Assembly: GCF_001194135.2 (NCBI RefSeq)
Contig: NC_068989.1
Coordinates: 28,171,580 to 28,215,902, forward strand
Direction of reading: 5' to 3'
Length of the DNA: 44,323 nucleotides
Origin: Octopus bimaculoides
Lineage: Eukaryota
Shown here: positions 37,609-44,323 of the stretch, piece by piece
How the letters are laid out: every line of letters begins with the position of its first letter
Position numbering within the stretch: position 1 is the stretch's first letter
Program-made: the position numbers and the translations under genes
Notes under the pieces: generated by a model
Told to the model about the DNA's origin: nothing
Database searches by the model: none
What the model saw: only the letters and a program-made list of their open reading frames with translations

Positions 37609-37657
37609 GTCTCCGATGAAGGGATACATTGGATTTTCCCTGAAACAGCTGTAAGAC
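37609..37657 (+). ncRNA. Type I hammerhead ribozyme variant (core CCGAUGA, U4C) in a PLE-type terminal fragment
   Basis: Stem I GUCU/AGAC; CCGAUGA (37613-37619); stem II AGGGA/UCCCU; GAAA (37642-37645); palindromic stem III ACAGCUGU; GUA triplet, predicted cut after 37653. Confidence 0.72.
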
Positions 37658-39424
37658 TTTATACATAAAATATAATTCTAACTTTGCCATTGGTCTCTTT
37701 ATCTTTTTCTTTCTTTATACATACACACGCTAATACACGACCTATGTTATATTCCCCACTCATGTTGCTACAACGACAGGGGCAAAACTAGTCGGTATAC
37801 AGCACTTACTCGGTATTACCTGTATCTTTAGGGTTTGGTTGACTCCAATACCCTTCATAACCTTTATACATACATATATATACGTGCGAATGCGTGTGTG
37901 TATATATTACATACCTATATATACATATAACAGTAGGCGTGAAGCTGTAGTCGTGAGTCTCAAACTAGACTTTTAAAGATCACCCTTGCAACAGTGCGAT
38001 GAAACATATAGAAGCTAGTCACTACCATAAGGTACACTACTCGCTGGTGTTCCAATAAATTTGCTAAGAATACAAGCGTATGATGGAGTTGGTAGAAGCA
38101 AAGTACCAAGTAGTGCAGACATTCTGTCCTGAACATAAACAATGTTGTAATCGATTTCAAATTCCTTGCAGAATCCAGTCCATTTCACTTAGGCATCTAT
38201 TAGCATGTTGCCATTTAAGAAACGACTGTTTCATCTCACATTCCCATTTTTAATATTTGTAATATAAAAATTTATTAAGTCATAACCATTAGCTTCGGGT
38301 AGAGTTCCTTATGCTATCCAGCTTTATTATTTACTACCTTAAGTCCACACCTTACTATAAATCAGCTCTGCTTGTGATACTGAAAAACTCATAACGGTGA
38401 TACATATTCTCCTCTCATAACTTATTAATGACAAAAATAAAATGATTATGAAGACGACGTCAAATACAAAATGGCAGCTGGCGGCGGTAGTGGATGATGG
38501 TAATGGTGATGGTGATGGTAGGGGTGATGGTGGGGGATATGGTGGTTGTCGTCATCATCGTCGAGGTGATGATGATGATGATGATGGCATGATTACGACA
38601 ACAGAATACTATGATACATGTTAAATGAATAGCTTCTGAAGAAGTCATTTTGAAAGCAAGTAAAACAAATTCTGTGACATTCTTTCTATTGGTCAAATCT
38701 ACTTAGTGCTTATTGAATCAAATAGAATCGGTCAGTCTTCCACTTCAATGCCATAACCTAAAAGTGAGCGTTCCATTAGGTTTAAATACCTCAGTTGGTA
38801 TTTAATTTTGTGAATAAAAACAATCGTTATAGTCTAAGAAGATCTTTATGCAATGTCATTGAGCTTGTATGAGTTTAATACAGTTAATATTTTTGCAGAA
38901 ACAATAAAGATCTCCCGACTTCATTGCATTTCACTATGTGCTTTTTCATGTTTCCTATTACCGTTTAACATTTTATTCTTATTACGTTCAAATTTTGTCA
39001 AAGGGGGTCGATGAATAAGATCCAGCACCGATTTAAATAGTGTAGCATTATGGCAAGCTGGAAGTAAATTGAAGCGAATGTAACCGAGTTCAGAGCTTGC
39101 TAGAGTCGGCCTTACTTTCTATCCTTTCGAGATAATAGCATAAGCGTGTGTATTTATGCAGGTTTAGAATCACTTGAATGTTCTCTTAATTAATTTGTCT
39201 TGGGATCCATAACAAAAAAAAACTTTAAACAATTTAGAAACGAAAATTAGATAATAATTAATGGAGTGCACACAGAACAGCAAGAATCCAAACAATAGCG
39301 TAACTATTCTTCTTTATACATTCTGGTGGATGCGAACGTGAATATCTGAACAAAATCTGTTGTTCGCCACCTGAGAAAGAATCCTTTCTTTAGACGATGT
39401 GTGTTCATAGTACACGTGACTTAC

Positions 39425-39537
39425 TGGTTCAACGATTTCAAGGATTTCGAGACACCGCAGTGTATCTCAGTAGAGGCTACCCCACGGACGGACTGATGAG
39501 TCTCACAAGCATATTCCTCTGCTGGTAATACAGCCAT
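39425..39537 (-). CDS. Candidate first coding exon of an unidentified minus-strand gene (exon 39546-39425)
   Basis: Acceptor ttttgttgcag|, in-frame TAA upstream of ACAATGG (good Kozak context), 37 open codons MAVLPAEEYACETHQSVRGVASTEIHCGVSKSLKSLN, consensus donor CA|gtaagt; locally GC-richer. No homology recognised. Confidence 0.35.
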
Positions 39538-42500
39538 TGTATGTTACTGCAACAAAAGTCACAGGAATTGTGTTCGTAGCCATGTTTTAAATCTTGATAA
39601 TAGTGATTCCAGTCAGTTTACTTTTAAGTAAGGACTAATATGTCACACAATCTTATTCCTTCATCTTCATAAATTTAAAATCTTTCCCAGGAAAAGAAAA
39701 AATGCTGTCATGATTTTTGTGCAGACCCTGATCTTAAAACTAAAACTACATCACAGTTCAAGCTACAAAGATCAGAAATAACATTCAGATATATGTACGT
39801 CAAACTTTGACTTAATGTTTCATTGTTCATGGCTTGTTATATATAGACTATCAGATTTCTGATTTCAAGATTTTTAAACTATAACTTCTGTGTATTTAAA
39901 GCTACATAATACAAGTACTATTAAAACTCATAAACTATAATAGAACATGAAACACGTTCATAACTCCTGTGCTTCCACATATAAAAACAAATTGCCATGT
40001 ATGTGTATAAAATAAAAGTTTTAAAGTGACTTTTAAATAAAAATAGAAAATAAAATAAGTTAATTAAGCTCATTTAGAAAATTAGTTAAATCTTTCCAAT
40101 CCATCAAACAATTTGAATAATATATTTTGCTACATATTTTTTACTAAATTTCTTTTTTCAAATCTCTCACTTTTTTTTCAATTACACATACTTAAACATG
40201 AGAGAAAACCGTAAGTTCTTAACGTTTACACCTTTTATCTCAACATCTCAGAGTCACTTTAATCATGTTGTTAATTGCTTTCTCTTTAAAATGCATTTAC
40301 TCCATCAAACCAGTTTGTTCTTGATTGACAGGCGTGTAATAAAACATGTTCAAATTACTGAACACTGAATTTCACTGCGTTTGAGAAACATTTTTGGTGA
40401 AAACTTGCCGAGTGTTCTACTATTTACAGATAAATTACGTTTTTAAATAACTACCGTTCACATACTATCAAATTATCTCTCGTTATATTTTATGCAGCTA
40501 GATATATATCACGTCTGGTTTTGAAGAAGTGAATGTTTATTGACGAATAAATCGAAAATATATATTGCTAATTGGTGTCGAAATAAGGGAATGAAATAAA
40601 AATTAATTTCTTGAATATATTAGAATATTTTTATGTGGTGCCCTCTAGCATAGAGTTGTAGGGAGAAACTAAAGTGGTTGTTTGTAACGATATGGAGTAC
40701 TCTCAATGAAAATCTTCATAACTTTCTCGAAACTAGTTTCTCTTTGATTTTATTTATTCTGGTTCACTATCAATATATTGGCCTGTATTTCATATGGTTT
40801 TATGTGCCATGAGAAGCAACTGATGTGAACATTTACCATTTGCTATATTTGTATGGATATCACACTACTCGTTCTACAGTGACTCAGTAAACAGATTTTC
40901 TACGACACTATTTCTGTTTATGTTTCATTAACCAAATGTCTTTTCATTAGAGATCAATCAGATGTATTCTGAAATATGATAGAACATCATAAAATCTTTA
41001 TGTTGTCTAACCAGAATAGTCTAACGAATGACTTTCTTGTTCTTTCTGTGCAATATCTGGAGACGTACTACATCTTTGATTACCATAATTAACCTGTTCA
41101 TATTTTTTAATCATATCAATAAAGCCTCTTTTTGTATCTTGATGAGAATTCTCTTTTGTTTTAGATTACCACTTTTAGCAAGCTACGGAAGTAACTTCTT
41201 AATTTTCTCATGAAAAGGTATAAACTGTAATAGATGACAAAATGAATTCATAACTCCTGTTCACTGATATCTTAAATTTTGGTTTAGATAAAATTAAAAG
41301 TGACACTCGTTCTAAAATGAGCACTGAGATATTCAGTTAGAAAAGCTTCGGATCATAGCATCTGCCTTCACATGACTACAAATTAAACACATCATAACAT
41401 CTTGATTGATGCGACTAAAAACTGCATCAATGAACGGGTTTCGGGTAATTAAAGATGTGATACTATAAATATTAGGTACCTACAGAAATCTCTTTAGCCA
41501 AAAGAGAAATTTCTTCTTAGTATTATCTTAATCTTTCTTTCTGAAAAATACTTTGAAATGTATATATAAGGCTTTAATATTAACAACGAGTGTCTGTGTA
41601 CAACTATTACGATGGTGAAGTTTTCGGTGGGTTTGGACAATTGTATCAAGGCTACGATTCCTAGCAAGTCTAGCGATCACCTATGAGATTCTCTCATTGG
41701 TTCGTGTTTATAGATGGTTTCATTCGATGAGGGTAAGTTAGCGATGATGTTGTTATAGATCATAAAGCTGAATTAGTTATATTACTTTACTGAGTGCATT
41801 GCATATTCCCCAACAACTGTATTTGTCTTTTAAATGAAACAGAAAATGAAGTTGATTCGATGCTGGTTTTCACTCCAGCCAGTATGGCGTCTGTAGGTTG
41901 TAGAAACACAAATACTTTGAAATTACTTTGAAATATAATGGTTCTGTATTAGGTATGAGCACCAAAAACTGACGACTGAAATATTGACCGTGAATGAATA
42001 TAATGAGACACTGATGTTTCAAATATGCCATAATTGTTTTCTTGAAAACCAAAACAAAAAAAAACGAAAGCCAGCTTTAAAATAACTTTTATCATCAATA
42101 ACTCTAATAGAAGAATCCGTGGATGGGTATTAAGAACTAATCTTTTGAGTTCTTTCCAATCGCTGCATAAATCTGTTTCGGCTGAAAGAGTGTATTTATT
42201 TCTTCTAGAATAATATGCATAAATATACGTAAATTTTACAAATATACATGTTCTTCTTTTGTTCTATGGTTTTGGTATCAAAAACAAAGCTTAATTTCAC
42301 GATTAAATTTTGTCAACATACGAAATAAAATTCGAATAAAGTATTAAGTTATAAGACGTGGTCAGCATAGTACAGTAGAAGTAAATAAAATATCAACTGA
42401 ATTTCTGAATGTACGGTTGTATTTGAGAAAACTATTTGTGTAAAGGTATATTTTCAATAAAGAGAAATGTAAGTCCCGGTTTTAATTTTCTGCTAGACCA

Positions 42501-42587
42501 CAAAGCTCTTTAATATTAAAAATTTAGTTTACTTAGTTCCAACTCTTTAAAATTCACGTCATAAAGACGATAGGTATACATTTTTAC

Positions 42588-42704
42588 CTATAATTGTATC
42601 AATTCCTATGCCTAATGGAGAAGGAACACCAAAAGTAACATAATAAGTGATTTTTGCAAAATTTGAATCAACAATACAATGACCTAAGTAAAATATGCGT
42701 CTTT
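42588..42704 (-). CDS. Candidate 117-nt internal exon (phase 1/1), weak resemblance to ZIP/SLC39 transmembrane segments
   Basis: Acceptor ctgtattcag|, donor ATAG|gtaaaa; one open frame RRIFYLGHCIVDSNFAKITYYVTFGVPSPLGIGIDTII; the SPLGIGI motif recalls ZIP1/2/3-type (S/T)PLGIGIG. Confidence 0.3.
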
Positions 42705-44290
42705 CTGAATACAGACCGACAACGAATGCAAAATGGAAGTCTCTTCGTTGCCGCAAAACCGTCTAGAAATAGCAGCCACATTTCCCACAAAATACAGCGT
42801 CTTGAAAAAATACTAGATTAGCAAAAATACGTGATTAGCAAAATCGGTAGAATATCGGACAAACTACGTAGTGGAATTGGTTATATCCTTCCGTTGAATT
42901 TACCTTTTATCTCTCCGGAGTTAGTAAATTAAAAATTATTCGATCCATTTTGGGGTCAATAAAACAAGTGCCAGTCTATTAGTATTGCACCCTTGAAAGC
43001 AGTGCCCCAGCTCAACATCGGCACCAGTAAATGGTTAAAAGAACCGGACTGATATGTTCTTGATAGACTGCGTCTGGAAGAAAAGACGGGATTGGTCACT
43101 AATGAGACACATTTGATCATAGACATCCTCTTTTATGGCTGGCTTAGATCCTAAGCTTCTAACAATGGTGAAATCTGCAGTAAGTATCTAAATGATTTCA
43201 TGTAAAATTTGACTGATTTACATAATTTTGCGAGCTAGGTTTCAGTTCTTATCTTCTCTAATTCTGAACTACAGAGAATCTAGTAGAAATAAACATCCCA
43301 AAATGCCCGATAAGAAATTATAAATTGTTTATTTTTGGAATATACATAAACTCAATGCGTACGTTTCAACAGTACTTAGAATAGATGTATATACGGCCTA
43401 ACTAGACACTAAATATACACACACGTAAACTCACGCACATATTATGTGTATGTATGTATGAATTCCTGCATGTATTTATATANNNNNNNNNNTATATATA
43501 TATATATATATATATTTGATATAACATAAAATAGTATATGTGTGTGTGTGCACCTGAATATGTGTGAATGTACCCTCGGTGATTGTCATTCATATAACAT
43601 TATTTATCACACACGATCCGCTCTGTAATTCTCAAACGCAATATACATAACTAACCTTTCAAATGAACTCTGTTTCGTTCAGTGTCATCACAAAACCAGT
43701 AAATTACAAAATCTAACAAACAAAATATATTTAAACGTAGATACATTTAATTCAGAGATTTTTCCAAGTAACTTACTATTTGTTATATCAGTTTACATAA
43801 GAAATTTAATCATTTCCGACTCTTAAGACGTTTTTACAAGCTTGTTTTCTTTTTGAAATATAAATTTTACGAGATATGAGTGTTATGGATTTACTGCTAT
43901 ATATTTTATTTTCCATAGTTTTATCATTCACTATGTCTTTATTCACTTATGTATTTCAGCTTCAAATTATTAATTTTAGCAAATTTTCATGAACCTACAA
44001 TCTCCTAGATTTCCAAATACTTGTAGTTTTTGAATATTTTCATAGATATACATATGTAAATGTATCCACGTGTTTATATGTGCTTATATATAAATATATA
44101 CATGCATATATACATACATATATACATACATATATAAAATAGAAAGAAGCAACAGGATATCCTCTGGATATTCTGTTGCTTATTTTGATTTTATTCACCT
44201 TATTTTGAGTTGTACGGATAATACCGCACTAATTTTTGGTGCCTCAACTTAAGTACCTAATTCATCTGAATCTCAGATATATTCATACAT

Positions 44291-44323
<33 letters not shown>

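Noticed and set aside
37960-38260. Short open frames on both strands and a possible minus-strand acceptor (atgttcag) near 38140
   Set aside because: No convincing donor and no recognisable peptide in any frame.
38636-38665. CTGAAGA...GAAA motif
   Set aside because: The intervening and flanking bases do not form stems I-III.
41690-41760. VYRWFHSMR, weakly like a mariner HTH; also a GG|gtaagt donor
   Set aside because: All frames close quickly, and no TIR or further transposase motifs are present.
4831-43593. Long ORFs containing X runs or YIYI/ERER/CVCV/HTHT/LSLS repeats
   Set aside because: They are translations of N gaps and dinucleotide microsatellites, not genes.
1-44323. CRISPR arrays, rRNA genes, prokaryotic operons
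   Set aside because: No repeat-spacer periodicity, rRNA-like sequence or gene-dense organisation; the window is eukaryotic and repeat-rich.

Overview
AT-rich eukaryotic genomic DNA, about 44 kb, from a draft assembly with many N gaps next to (TA)n/(CA)n/(GA)n microsatellites. The repeat families look like those of Octopus (coleoid cephalopod); this is recognition from memory, not a database search. The window is mostly intron/intergenic sequence filled with decayed mobile elements: a full-length mariner relic with TIRs, a head-to-tail cluster of R4/Dong-type RLE non-LTR elements joined by (TAA)n tracts, a Tx1/L1 3' fragment, an RTE LINE split by a 674-bp TIR element with an 8-bp TSD, three Penelope-like elements (PLEs), an internally deleted Gypsy element with a SCAN-like gag, and several tRNA-derived SINEs. 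One host exon is well supported: 26164-26347 (+), part of the extracellular Cache-like domain of a GPR158/CG31760-like class C GPCR. A few minus-strand exon candidates are weaker. The most notable signals are two structurally complete type I hammerhead ribozymes (24706-24756 and 37609-37657, both +, each with a palindromic stem III) and several hammerhead relics at or near PLE-type termini. These match the known PLE-hammerhead association, so they are not a new class of system; the U4C variant and their possible location inside a GPCR pre-mRNA are what merit testing. No CRISPR arrays, rRNA genes or genuine tRNA genes are supported. Most long ORFs in the track are artefacts of microsatellites or N gaps.
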